From: a virus
Virus record (IMG/VR): IMGVR_UViG_3300027792_000011
Strand: one strand, 5' to 3'
DNA length: 64,000 bases
Notes under the pieces: generated by a model
What the model was told of the DNA's origin: nothing
Databases searched by the model: none
Seen by the model: only the letters and a program-made list of their open reading frames with translations
In this document: one piece after another, positions 55,601 through 64,000 of the stretch
Position numbering within the stretch: the stretch's first letter is position 1
How the letters are laid out: each line of letters starts with the position of its first letter
Translations under genes and position numbers: made by a program

Positions 55601-57207
55601 CGACCGGTAGAGTCGTGCAGAGGATACCTTCTGTGAAGGAGAGTGGTCCAAACGCGGAGTGGACTGCAAGTCTTGCCCTTCACCCAGCTGCAAAGCGTGG
55701 CGATCACTACGATCTACGTCTAGTGGACTCCAAGGGCAAAGCGCATTCTTGGGCTATCAACAACATCCCTGAGCCGGGTAAGAGCACCTATGCTGCCCAA
55801 ATGCCAACTCATTCTGGATCCTACGCCAAGCGTACAGAGCCGTTCACCATTCCGATCAATGTCTATGGTGGTACTAGACCTGGTGCACAGGTAGAGCCGA
55901 AGTACGTTCAGCCGGTGGAGGTGATCTCGGCTAACGACAATCGAGTCCATCTGCTTCGTCATGAAGGACAGAAGACGGAAGAGCTGGTACTTCGTAGAGT
56001 CGCAATGGCTGGTGATCAAACACCGATCTGGGCACTCCACAACGCCACCAGAACTCGATCGACTCAAGAGGGGCAGCGACTTCCGGATATGAAGCCCAGG
56101 TATCAGGAGATCCCAATCGGGTCAGTGGATTTCAACAACGACCAGCAGCTCATGACAGCGAAGATCGATGGAGCGCATACCATCGTAGATTTCTACAAGC
56201 CTGATCGAATGGCGAGAACATACTCGTATCGGCCTACTCAACGAGAGAGTGGTGTGATCGAGCATACCTTCAAGTTTCCCAACTTCCAGAACCTGAAGAC
56301 GCCACCATCGTTGAAAGGTACTATGATCAGAGCTGAGACGTGGGCCTCCGACTCCGCTGGCAGAGCGATACCAGCGTCTGAGATTGGTGGTCTCCTCAAC
56401 TCGAACGTGATCAAATCAAGACAGGCTCAACAGGAAGGCAATATCACTCTCCGCAGAACTGGCATCGATGTGATCCGCTACAACGGCAAAGACATGTCCA
56501 CCGCTCCATACGAGAGAAAGCTTGAGATCTTGAGAGAGGTCAACAAGGCTACCAAGGGCGCTATCGAGCTCCCAATCTCCGCTAGGACTCCGGAAGAGAA
56601 GGCCGAGCTGTTGAATGCGGTGAAGGCTGGAAGGCTGCCAGAGACCAAGGAGGGGGTAGTCCTCCACGATCTTAGTAGCAGCACGATGATGAAGGCGAAG
56701 GTTAGGCCAGATACAGATGTCTACGTGCGAGAGATCGTCACGAAACCACTGACTGAGGCAAAGGGTCAGGCCGCTGGGTTCAAGTACTCTCTCGAACCAA
56801 CTGGTCCTATCATCGGTCATGTCGGTACAGGGTTTTCCACACAGCTACGAAAAGAGATGTTGGAGAGCCCAGATCGTTTCGTTGGTCGAGTAGCCAAGGT
56901 CCAATCAGGAGGACAACACGTAAGTCGTAGTGGACGGATAGGTGCTCTAGTCGGTTCTCCTGCGTTCAAAGAGTGGCACATCGACAAGACGCCGCCTGAG
57001 CTAATGAAGGAGGCAACTTCCATTGGGGAGGTAATTAGTAGAGCGGAAAAGGAAGTTGATCCAGAAGCACTAGCTGAACGGTTGATGGAGACTAGTAGAA
57101 CAGTCAAAGCACTCAAGCCGATTGTAGAGAGCAGTGTTGTACGTCCTTCACTGTTGAAGCTCAGAAATGAGTATCGAAACATCATAGGGGAAAAACCCGG
57201 TGATTGA
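52612..57207 (+). CDS. Polyvalent protein: SNF2-type helicase + Nudix hydrolase + LigD-like phosphoesterase + ATP-dependent DNA ligase
   Basis: HGLGSGKT, DEAH, LTGSP, GEGLDL, QVIGRARR; Nudix box GGVDPGETHEQAAHREFLEESG; HYDLRL..HSWA; KIDG, EGVV, VGTGF. Confidence 0.85.
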   Translation: MDDLKKQAVGYRSGGFMQVRRGTRPLHVETLLRRKTPESAANIFEPARPTTTDKTFEQSLAATAGEEFQPAEAEEKVASISEREFLAKVKNEAAKEGFDIFAVAGRPDQNTGASIYSRKGPKDTSAAWNARKAHMEWEKSQGMDPAHDWSKTAELRRDKTTEKPTQVDPKVVESVKIKQLGTENGKKVFLVNGADIRNKIDTDFALGGNSARYSYVPEGELWVEQTGSTVDSDEKHTIKHEDREENLMRRGMNYNQAHGEATKVETVERRKQASAGEFVGRLAPLVDDAAILAWRAYQNKQGKKQEIQEPKVGEVKKSSLITDLEKEAAKETKLKTELQPYQQRVIDRLRNQSGLVVAHGLGSGKTLSSIAAATELAPGEAAALVPAALQENYLKEIAKHTEGASPVSVGSLQNAVVKKNIPSAPLLIVDEAHRLRNPAAEGYQLIRDAKTGKRMLLTGSPVYNKPEDIAPLVNLAAGGRVLPVGSDFNRRYVRQPGRGLLTLINPFASVDPKIVNKGELGGALHKWVDYYNPEGERSADYPSLKEVRIDVPMSEYQTTVHDAAWGQVPLLTQWRLRKSLPPNKQELSELNRFQSQARQIASSEKKFRTGDDPVAIAPKIQEAARRLSDQIETNPRHRGLVYANYLETLNDYAKTLDEKGIPYAQFRGDMSAKVRNQAVKDYNEGKIKALLVSGAGGEGLDLKGTRQVQVLEPHWNEEKLKQVIGRARRLGSHAHLPQEERNVLVENYSSYPQRSFLGAMFKGRKGVEGMLYDMSAQKQRLNDQVIDLMKSGQHRERIEVYGLHNGKLLAGRFPDRSVGVYGGGVDPGETHEQAAHREFLEESGYNIGNLRRVDVPPFESPWVEDHGPIELMAPKRREEYESRRKKFPSGHKTTYFAGEVSGEPSKPADDTGSLGRVRPIDLNRAIKIQQAVLSGMTNPYDIRRLESRIAVLESLKDPQKTAARRPEFPNGTVRENGMAKIAAEATTGRREFAPGIPTGRVVQRIPSVKESGPNAEWTASLALHPAAKRGDHYDLRLVDSKGKAHSWAINNIPEPGKSTYAAQMPTHSGSYAKRTEPFTIPINVYGGTRPGAQVEPKYVQPVEVISANDNRVHLLRHEGQKTEELVLRRVAMAGDQTPIWALHNATRTRSTQEGQRLPDMKPRYQEIPIGSVDFNNDQQLMTAKIDGAHTIVDFYKPDRMARTYSYRPTQRESGVIEHTFKFPNFQNLKTPPSLKGTMIRAETWASDSAGRAIPASEIGGLLNSNVIKSRQAQQEGNITLRRTGIDVIRYNGKDMSTAPYERKLEILREVNKATKGAIELPISARTPEEKAELLNAVKAGRLPETKEGVVLHDLSSSTMMKAKVRPDTDVYVREIVTKPLTEAKGQAAGFKYSLEPTGPIIGHVGTGFSTQLRKEMLESPDRFVGRVAKVQSGGQHVSRSGRIGALVGSPAFKEWHIDKTPPELMKEATSIGEVISRAEKEVDPEALAERLMETSRTVKALKPIVESSVVRPSLLKLRNEYRNIIGEKPGD

Positions 57208-57970
57208 TCAACAGATAGATCCCGTTCTCGACTTCCTCGAGTTTGCAACCGAGCTGGACAAGGAAGCTGCTGAGGACAGAGCCGAGAAGGACTTTCAGCT
57301 CTGGCAGACGTGGAAGCAGAATGGTAAACAGGCTGATCATCTTGAGCCGCTCATGAAGCAGATCGATCCCCTGATCAGAAGAGCTTCCAACATTTACGCA
57401 GGGAAGGTCAACATACCAAGATCAGCAGTACATGCAGAGTTTCAGATTCAGGCTATCAATGCGTTAGACAGCTTCAATCCGAATCGTGGAGCTTCTCTTG
57501 GTACGCATGTTACCTGGCATCTCAAGAAGGGCAGGCGATTCATAACCACGTATCAGAATATCGGCAGGATACCTGAGACAAGGATCTACAACATCACCAC
57601 CTTCCAGAATGCTAGGGACGAGCTGAAAGATCAACTTGGAAGAGATCCCGCTGCTCATGAACTTTCTGATAAGCTGAAGTGGCCGGTGAACCAGGTATCT
57701 GCCATGGAGCTCGAGCTGCGTAAAGAAGTGCCAACCTCGACTCTTCAGTCAGATATGAGCTCTCTCAAGCCGTCGAAGGAGACTGAAATCATTCGATTGA
57801 TCCAGTACGAGCTAACTCCAGAAGAGAAGATCGTATACGAGCATCTACTTGGGGTGAACGGAAAGCCTCAGCTCAAGCCCGGTGAGATAGCTACAAGGCT
57901 CAACATGTCTCCGTCTAAAGTATCTAGGATCAAAGATAGTATTGGCGCCAAGGTAAAGAAGTACTACTGA
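57200..57970 (+). CDS. RNA polymerase sigma factor (sigma70 family, FliA/WhiG-like architecture)
   Basis: Region 2 ALDSFNPNRGASLGTHV, region 3 LGRDPAAHELS, region 4 HTH EIATRLNMSPSKVSRI. Confidence 0.85.
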   Translation: MIDQQIDPVLDFLEFATELDKEAAEDRAEKDFQLWQTWKQNGKQADHLEPLMKQIDPLIRRASNIYAGKVNIPRSAVHAEFQIQAINALDSFNPNRGASLGTHVTWHLKKGRRFITTYQNIGRIPETRIYNITTFQNARDELKDQLGRDPAAHELSDKLKWPVNQVSAMELELRKEVPTSTLQSDMSSLKPSKETEIIRLIQYELTPEEKIVYEHLLGVNGKPQLKPGEIATRLNMSPSKVSRIKDSIGAKVKKYY

Positions 57971-58176
57971 TGACGACAAGAGACGAAAGACTTGTAACTC
58001 TTCGAGATGCCGTTGATCGTTGGGCAGATGCAGAAGAGCGCAGACTCCAGGAGGAGAAGACGTTCCTCCAGTCTGTGTTCAACGGTCGTACGAATGGCGG
58101 TCAACTGTCGCGGTACATCACAGAGGAAGCATCGTCTCTCCTTGAGGACGAAGTGAATTCCTTTTTGACGGGATGA
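57970..58176 (+). CDS. Hypothetical protein
   Basis: TGATG coupling. Confidence 0.6.
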   Translation: MTTRDERLVTLRDAVDRWADAEERRLQEEKTFLQSVFNGRTNGGQLSRYITEEASSLLEDEVNSFLTG

Positions 58177-58541
58177 GCATGCTGATCAAACCCACTGAAG
58201 AAGAGCATGTAGACCAGCAGGGTCTGATCATGTTGGACAAGATAGCCTTGAGCGACATCAACCAATCTTATCGTGTACGCGATCTTCTTTTTTTGAGACT
58301 CATACTCGTATCTAGAGAACAAGATGCTTGGTTGTTGAGGTTTGCTCTAGTTCATGAGATACCAACATCAAAGATCAAAGATTTTCAGTTCACCAAGCAG
58401 GGTGAGGTTCTAGTAGGAGATGATCATGAATCCACTACTTCCATTCGTAATGAGGAAGTTGGCAGCAGAGGCGTCGGAGTTGTCCAAAGAGCAACTCAGA
58501 ACGATCAAGCAGGAGATCAAAGCTGTAAAACCTCAGACTGA
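58173..58541 (+). CDS. Hypothetical protein
   Basis: ATGA coupling; C-terminus overlaps the next gene. Confidence 0.5.
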   Translation: MSMLIKPTEEEHVDQQGLIMLDKIALSDINQSYRVRDLLFLRLILVSREQDAWLLRFALVHEIPTSKIKDFQFTKQGEVLVGDDHESTTSIRNEEVGSRGVGVVQRATQNDQAGDQSCKTSD

Positions 58542-58842
58542 AGAAGAGAAGAAGATCGTTGAGTTGGTTGGCAAACCTGCTACACGTGGTCAGCTACTTC
58601 GGTCAGCAGGAGTCGGTAGTGTTGGTGGGGTGGCAGCACACGTAGTTGGGAGAGCTATAAGTGGCGGAGCTGGTGGCATGTATCCGTGGGTTGGATCTAA
58701 GGCGAACATGCTATCCGGCAAGGCTGTGCTGAGTCCGAGAGCTTTGGCGCGTGCAGCATCCATGGGAGTGATCTTCGGATCTGCAGTTCCAGCGCTCAAG
58801 AGACACTTGGATATTGAATCAGCCAAGAGAGGTAAGTTCTGA
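58426..58842 (+). CDS. Gly/Ala-rich membrane-like protein with N-terminal KLA motif
   Basis: AGGAG RBS; two hydrophobic Gly-zipper-like segments. Confidence 0.65.
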   Translation: MNPLLPFVMRKLAAEASELSKEQLRTIKQEIKAVKPQTEEEKKIVELVGKPATRGQLLRSAGVGSVGGVAAHVVGRAISGGAGGMYPWVGSKANMLSGKAVLSPRALARAASMGVIFGSAVPALKRHLDIESAKRGKF

Positions 58843-58845
58843 GCT

Positions 58846-59502
58846 ATGGCCGTCGTACCGCGAAGGAAAGAGAACTTTGCGCTGGCGGCATGCCTATCGG
58901 CAGACGCAGTAGGTAACCTGGTCTACATTCGTGACGTCTTCAACGGTACTAGATACAGAGTAGCTTCCGTTGATCCATCCTCTTCTTTGAAGATGCCTGC
59001 TATAGGTGTGATCGTATCGAAGCAGACACCGACTGCGTGTACGATCATGTTCTATGGATTCTCTTCTCTGTACTCTAGTCTATCACCAGGTGGAACCTAC
59101 TATGCCGGGTTGGATAGCAGGCCGGCGCAAGTAAGTGATCCAAATTACCCACCAGTAGGGTCAGTAATCCAGCAGATTGGTGTAGCGACTGACGACGATG
59201 AGCTTCTGATTCGGCCGATGGATACTAGGTCAGGCGGAAGCGGAGCAGGGGCTCGAGTCTACCAGCAACTTCTCATTCCAACGCTAGATCCTAGGGTGTT
59301 TCAAACACCACTACCATTCATACATGGCGGCACAGATACGGAAGTCGTGGAGTACAACGGTCAGAGACTATTTTCTGGCTTGGGGAACGACTACACCATT
59401 TCTGAGTCTGGGGGTCCCGGTTCTGGCTATGATACAATCACATTAGAATTTACTCCGGCTACGGCATCGAACATGCTCGTAGACTTTGTACCAGATGTGT
59501 GA
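58846..59502 (+). CDS. Virion structural protein (head-fibre/decoration-like)
   Basis: VG.LVYI...AIGVI...L.PG..YY...QQIGVA pattern; NGQRL..G..NDYT. Confidence 0.6.
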   Translation: MAVVPRRKENFALAACLSADAVGNLVYIRDVFNGTRYRVASVDPSSSLKMPAIGVIVSKQTPTACTIMFYGFSSLYSSLSPGGTYYAGLDSRPAQVSDPNYPPVGSVIQQIGVATDDDELLIRPMDTRSGGSGAGARVYQQLLIPTLDPRVFQTPLPFIHGGTDTEVVEYNGQRLFSGLGNDYTISESGGPGSGYDTITLEFTPATASNMLVDFVPDV

Positions 59503-59529
59503 TCTGGACGGGAAAGAGGAGAGTATCGC

Positions 59530-61485
59530 ATGGGTAGGTCAATCTTCGATCAGGAAACTCAACTACGACCGTCAGATTCGTACGTTGACAACATCGCTGC
59601 CGGACAGGCGAATCTAGAAACGCCATCCACAGACATCCAGTTCGATCTCAATGCACTTAGATCTCAAATCAAGCGCATTCTAGATCACACTGCTGGTAAC
59701 TACTTCGATGATGTCTTTACGACCGCCACCGGGAAGAAGCGATCTCTCAAGACAGTCCACGTTGACCTAGATGATCTGGAAGAGAAGAGACTCGACTTCC
59801 GAACCAACATATACACGGACATCTCTGTCCCGGCTTCGGCAGCTGCCACTGATATTCTGACCCTTGGTGCAGCTCCAGTTGCAGCTGAGACTGTGACCAT
59901 CGATGGGAAGGTGTACACCTACGTTGCAGCTCTGACTCCGTTGGAAGGTGAAGTGCTGATCGAGCTCACAGCCTCTGATAGCATAGACAACCTCGTCAAC
60001 GCGATCATTCACGGTCCAGGTAGCGGTACCAAATACTCTTGTGCTCTAGCGCATTCAACAGTCACTGCCGCTGCCGGTGCTCTGGATACAATGGACGTGA
60101 CAGCGATCACACCCGGTACCAGTGGCAATCTCATCGCTGTTTCTGAGACGTTGGCCGGTGTAGGATCGGTGTGGACTACACCGACTCTTACTGGTGGTGC
60201 CGGTGATGTTGTCGTGCTTTCAGTAGCAAGCTCCGAAGCTCCTTCTGAGCATGGGGCCGTTGGTGGTGTGTCCACGAAGGGTGCAGTAGTCGCCTACAAC
60301 AGCAGCTTCCCGAACTGGAAGTTGTGTCTGGTTTCGGGACCGCACGCTCTTCGTCCGATGAACCTGTGCATCGTTAGGGACACAACCACAAGCGAAGTCA
60401 TTCTCAGTGGCGGCAAAGAGGTCTATGCGCTGCTCTGTTGTGAGGACGCAACCGACGACCAGACCTTTGACGATCTGACCAAGCAGGTCGAGCTTGTATT
60501 CGTCAAAGAGAACGCAGGTGGAACTGCTCTGGTGGTAGTCCCTGCAGTGGACATCGGGGGAAAGAGCATCAACTACTCCTATGTTCAGCGTATCGATCTT
60601 GATCACATTCCAGAGTGGGCGTTCTTGACTGAGGTATTCGTTGATCAGTCGGCCGCCACGGATGTGACCAGGCAAAACGCCTACACGTTCCAGGGTACTA
60701 CTCCTGTCGATGTCATCACCAACTCCGTCCTCGATATCCAGTCTGTTGGCAAGTATTGGCAGATCAGAGACAACAACGAAGACTCGCTCTTCAAGATCAC
60801 AGAGAACTCTACGGGCTCTGCGACCGACATCGAGGTTGGTACGGCAGTAGACACGTTCAACGTCAAAGCCGCTGCAAACGACTTCACAAAGCCGGTCACC
60901 GTAGATTCGAGTGGTGTTGATCTGCAACTCGGTGTCACAGCGATTGCCAACACTGCTACCATCGATACGCTCGGCGGTAACGATCTCCGCTTGATGGGTA
61001 CTCAAGAGCTGTACCTCGATGATGGCAATGCTCCTGTTGGTTGGAGCGACACGAACGGAATCAAGCTTTCCGACACTGCTGGAGAGTGGACTGACTTTGA
61101 AGCTGAGTTTGGTGAGGCGTCGATCCTGAGCGCCATCACTCAGGCAAAACGAGGCACCGAGAGGGCCAATGGCTGGGCGCACGTCATCACGGCTGACATT
61201 CCTGCGAGTACATTGATCACTGGCGCTGGAGTTGGAGCGAATATCAGTGCTCAACTTCCCAGCTACAAGGGCCTCTCGTTCATTGATGATGTGGAGCTCT
61301 TCGTCAATGGAGCTAAGCAACGACCTGGTGCCAATGCTGGAGCTTTGATGGACACTTATCCCAGTGCCGTTGTCGCAGAGCAGGCACAAGGTGCTTTCTA
61401 CGCTCTGTTCAAGTTGAAGGTTCGTGGCGGATCCAATCCACCGGACAACCTCAATATGGTTGTGTGGGGACAGCCAACTCCGTAA
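59530..61485 (+). CDS. Large virion structural protein
   Basis: Thr/Ala/Val-rich; ETVTIDGKVYT and AITPGTSGNLIAV motifs typical of phage structural domains. Confidence 0.65.
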   Translation: MGRSIFDQETQLRPSDSYVDNIAAGQANLETPSTDIQFDLNALRSQIKRILDHTAGNYFDDVFTTATGKKRSLKTVHVDLDDLEEKRLDFRTNIYTDISVPASAAATDILTLGAAPVAAETVTIDGKVYTYVAALTPLEGEVLIELTASDSIDNLVNAIIHGPGSGTKYSCALAHSTVTAAAGALDTMDVTAITPGTSGNLIAVSETLAGVGSVWTTPTLTGGAGDVVVLSVASSEAPSEHGAVGGVSTKGAVVAYNSSFPNWKLCLVSGPHALRPMNLCIVRDTTTSEVILSGGKEVYALLCCEDATDDQTFDDLTKQVELVFVKENAGGTALVVVPAVDIGGKSINYSYVQRIDLDHIPEWAFLTEVFVDQSAATDVTRQNAYTFQGTTPVDVITNSVLDIQSVGKYWQIRDNNEDSLFKITENSTGSATDIEVGTAVDTFNVKAAANDFTKPVTVDSSGVDLQLGVTAIANTATIDTLGGNDLRLMGTQELYLDDGNAPVGWSDTNGIKLSDTAGEWTDFEAEFGEASILSAITQAKRGTERANGWAHVITADIPASTLITGAGVGANISAQLPSYKGLSFIDDVELFVNGAKQRPGANAGALMDTYPSAVVAEQAQGAFYALFKLKVRGGSNPPDNLNMVVWGQPTP

Positions 61486-61508
61486 TATCTCCCTAGAGGA
61501 GATCCTGT

Positions 61509-62132
61509 ATGAACCTAGATCAGTTCAAGGTAAGGGCCGCTCTCACTGAGGGTATCGGCCGCGACATGGAGAAGTCTCTGGAGGAAGCACAGATCGAAGT
61601 GATCAAATTCCAAGGTGCGTATGAGGCGCTGCTACAGATCAGAAAAGAATTGGGGGATAGGTCCGTGCTGGTGCGTGATGATCTGTTCAACGGAAAGATC
61701 GTCCTAGATAGAGACGATCCTATGGCTGTAGCCAAATATGTCGTAGGCAAGATACAGGAAATGGTGGCATTCGTTCACGAAAAAGCAGAGAACGCCAATC
61801 TGAGCGGAGTTGCTGCACAAGGTAAGGTGAATGGACTACTTCATGTCGTCAAGCACATGAAGGGCCTGTTCGATTCCGAGGTAAGTAGGATCAAAATGGT
61901 GGAGGCTCAGATAGCCTCCGGAGAGGTTGTAGTAGAGGATGGGGTGCTTGTGCACGTGAAGGGGGAGAGAGTACCGGGAGTTCATCCAGGACCAAGTCTG
62001 AAGCAAATACGAATGGAGGAAGAATGGGCCGCCCAGCCTGAGAAGTCCCAGCTTCCTCCATCCGAGCCGGAGAATATCGCCCAGTCAGAGAGTCCTGTCA
62101 AGAAGACAAGAGCGAAGCGTAGGAAGGTATAG
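61509..62132 (+). CDS. Hypothetical coiled-coil protein
   Basis: GAGGAG RBS. Confidence 0.7.
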   Translation: MNLDQFKVRAALTEGIGRDMEKSLEEAQIEVIKFQGAYEALLQIRKELGDRSVLVRDDLFNGKIVLDRDDPMAVAKYVVGKIQEMVAFVHEKAENANLSGVAAQGKVNGLLHVVKHMKGLFDSEVSRIKMVEAQIASGEVVVEDGVLVHVKGERVPGVHPGPSLKQIRMEEEWAAQPEKSQLPPSEPENIAQSESPVKKTRAKRRKV

Positions 62133-62136
62133 GATC

Positions 62137-62589
62137 ATGCCTCGATCTCCTGATGCTAGGGCTGGAGAGTTGCTCGAGGATGACGGAATCCTACTGGGAT
62201 CACAGGAGTCTGATCCTACTGATATAGGCGAATTCAGAAACGTCAATGGTGAGATTAGGATCAAGGACACAATAGGCGTCTACGATCCTCGTGCACTACG
62301 ATCTCTCATTCACTTCATAAGCGAAGGTCCTGCAGATGGATTTGCTTCAGGGACATACAAGGAGATCCTTCCTTCAGCCAATCCATTTCCGACGTCTGTG
62401 ATCTGGTGGGAATCTGCCGCTAAGCTCAAGAAGATCGTCGAGAAGACGCTCACCTACACTGGAGCATTTCCTACAACGATCGTTTGGAAGTCGTATGCAG
62501 CAGACGGAGTAACTGTGCTAGCAACTGTCTCTGATGCGATCTCGTACTCTGGTCACTTTGAGACTACTCGAACAAGGACGATAAGCTGA
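62137..62589 (+). CDS. Virion-cluster hypothetical protein
   Basis: Repeated FPT.I.W beta units. Confidence 0.65.
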   Translation: MPRSPDARAGELLEDDGILLGSQESDPTDIGEFRNVNGEIRIKDTIGVYDPRALRSLIHFISEGPADGFASGTYKEILPSANPFPTSVIWWESAAKLKKIVEKTLTYTGAFPTTIVWKSYAADGVTVLATVSDAISYSGHFETTRTRTIS

Positions 62590-62596
62590 GGTAACT

Positions 62597-63301
62597 ATGT
62601 CACAAGATTCCCCAGCCGCCCTAATTTACGACGCAAGCAATGGTCCTGCTACGGTCAGGACTGATGGATCAGATAAGCGGCTTTGTGTTGAAGCGAAACT
62701 AGTAAGCGGTGGAGGCAATCAACAGGTACAGGTTTATGACGCAACGAATGGCCCTGCATCTGTAATAACGGACGGCTCGATAAAGCGCCTTGCCGTCTCT
62801 ACTGGCGCAGCATCCACTCTTACGACAACGGTGGACTTTCTTAGGCGATCATGGCCTGGTGGTGCCTATACGATGGCCGTGGATGGTTCCGTAACTCCGG
62901 TTGTGTTCTATTATCCAGCAGATGCTACGAGGGACATCAACCTAGTCTCGCTCACCTTTTCTTTTTCGACAGGAAACTTCGACTGGAATGGTGTCGGCTT
63001 TGGTGACGGAACAAGTCTAGCTAATGGCATTCTCATTGAGATAGTTGTGAACACTGGAACTACAATTGTACTAGGCACTGTCAACTTGAATGAAGACTTT
63101 ATGCGACTATCGTCGTTCAACGACATCACGCAGGCAGGCGTCACCGATCATCTTGACTCCGTATTTCAGTTCACAGGAAATATGCGATTGAAGGCTGGAA
63201 CTACGGATAGGGCAAGAGTGACTGTTCGAGATAATCTTACCTTGGCAGCAAGGGATGTGAAATATCTAACTGCAACATTCAAGGGGGAGTTGGTGGCGTA
63301 A
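62597..63301 (+). CDS. Virion-cluster protein with short internal repeat
   Basis: YDA.NGPA.V.TDGS.KRL occurs twice. Confidence 0.65.
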   Translation: MSQDSPAALIYDASNGPATVRTDGSDKRLCVEAKLVSGGGNQQVQVYDATNGPASVITDGSIKRLAVSTGAASTLTTTVDFLRRSWPGGAYTMAVDGSVTPVVFYYPADATRDINLVSLTFSFSTGNFDWNGVGFGDGTSLANGILIEIVVNTGTTIVLGTVNLNEDFMRLSSFNDITQAGVTDHLDSVFQFTGNMRLKAGTTDRARVTVRDNLTLAARDVKYLTATFKGELVA

Positions 63302-63765
63302 TGGCTAAACATGTTATCAATATCGGAAACACGGGGGAAATTCCTGATGGAACGGCTCCTTTTGTACTAGGCGTAACTAGTGAGATGAGCCCAGGGCAGA
63401 CAATTGAAACGGTTTCTGATCCCATCCCCCTCGGTGAAATACTCAGGGTAGTGTTTGCTCGCGCCTCATGTCGGCCGTTACATGACGTAAACGGCGTAAA
63501 GAATGTTTTACTCGTTGAACTGCTTTATCGAGAGGTGTGGGAAAGCGAAACATATGACCATTTGTTCGGGAAATCATATCTAGAGCTAGATTGTTCAGCG
63601 GACTTTCCTGCAGAATCTCTATGTTGGGATACAACACCCATGATCGGAGATGGCGAAACAACAACGTTCGTTATTCGACGAACAGTATTTGGAAATGTGA
63701 GCAACCAGGATACAATGGTTGCGGTACGCGGTTACTTGGAAGACTATGAAGAGGAAGGAGAGTAG
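63301..63765 (+). CDS. Hypothetical protein (paralog A)
   Basis: TAATG coupling. Confidence 0.65.
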   Translation: MAKHVINIGNTGEIPDGTAPFVLGVTSEMSPGQTIETVSDPIPLGEILRVVFARASCRPLHDVNGVKNVLLVELLYREVWESETYDHLFGKSYLELDCSADFPAESLCWDTTPMIGDGETTTFVIRRTVFGNVSNQDTMVAVRGYLEDYEEEGE

Positions 63766-63768
63766 ACA

Positions 63769-64000
63769 GTGGATAAAGGAAAAGAAGAAGAGTTTTGTCT
63801 ATCAATCCAGTCTGACATGTATCCTGAAAAGGATATATTCGAGACGGTATCTGATCCCATTCACAAAAATCACACGCTGCACTTGCATTCGCTAACGGTA
63901 GCGTGCGAGCCGTTGGCAAACGACTGCGTTCAGGTGGAGGTGCTGTGGCGTGAGACTATCAATTTGGAGGTGATTGACCATCCGGTAGATATTCCTGTGT
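63769..64000 (+). CDS. Partial CDS, paralog of 63301-63765
   Basis: GTG start after GGAG; shares ETVSDPI..C.PL..VE.L.RE..DH. Confidence 0.6.
   Translation, partial: MDKGKEEEFCLSIQSDMYPEKDIFETVSDPIHKNHTLHLHSLTVACEPLANDCVQVEVLWRETINLEVIDHPVDIPV

Noticed and set aside
60220-61389. 389-aa minus-strand ORF
   Set aside because: Antisense shadow of the 59530-61485 structural gene; no motifs

Overview
This window is a fragment of a large (jumbo-like) tailed dsDNA phage genome, about 50% GC by eye. It is gene-dense and mostly + strand; I saw no rRNA, tRNA or canonical CRISPR array. It carries DNA and nucleotide metabolism genes (DinG helicase, HU, dCMP deaminase, DHH phosphoesterase, ThyX, SSB, atypical RNase HII, ATP-dependent ligase), cell-wall enzymes (amidase, SLT-like lipoprotein), GroES and a sigma factor. 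Virion genes include LamG fibre modules, a tail chaperone with a -1 frameshift signal, a probable tape measure and baseplate-like proteins, plus a ~1530-aa SNF2-Nudix-LigD phosphoesterase-ligase polyvalent protein. The standout is the locus at 6411-8881. A Cas7/RAMP-like gene and an accessory gene are each followed by a non-coding array built from 5-nt units (mostly GGN-NN) punctuated by GGCTGTA-NN. The two arrays share a structured leader and a conserved terminator, which makes this a candidate non-CRISPR RNA-guided system (VIPR-like). A degenerate second RAMP paralog lies at 10086-10631. All assignments come from reading motifs by eye; no searches were run.
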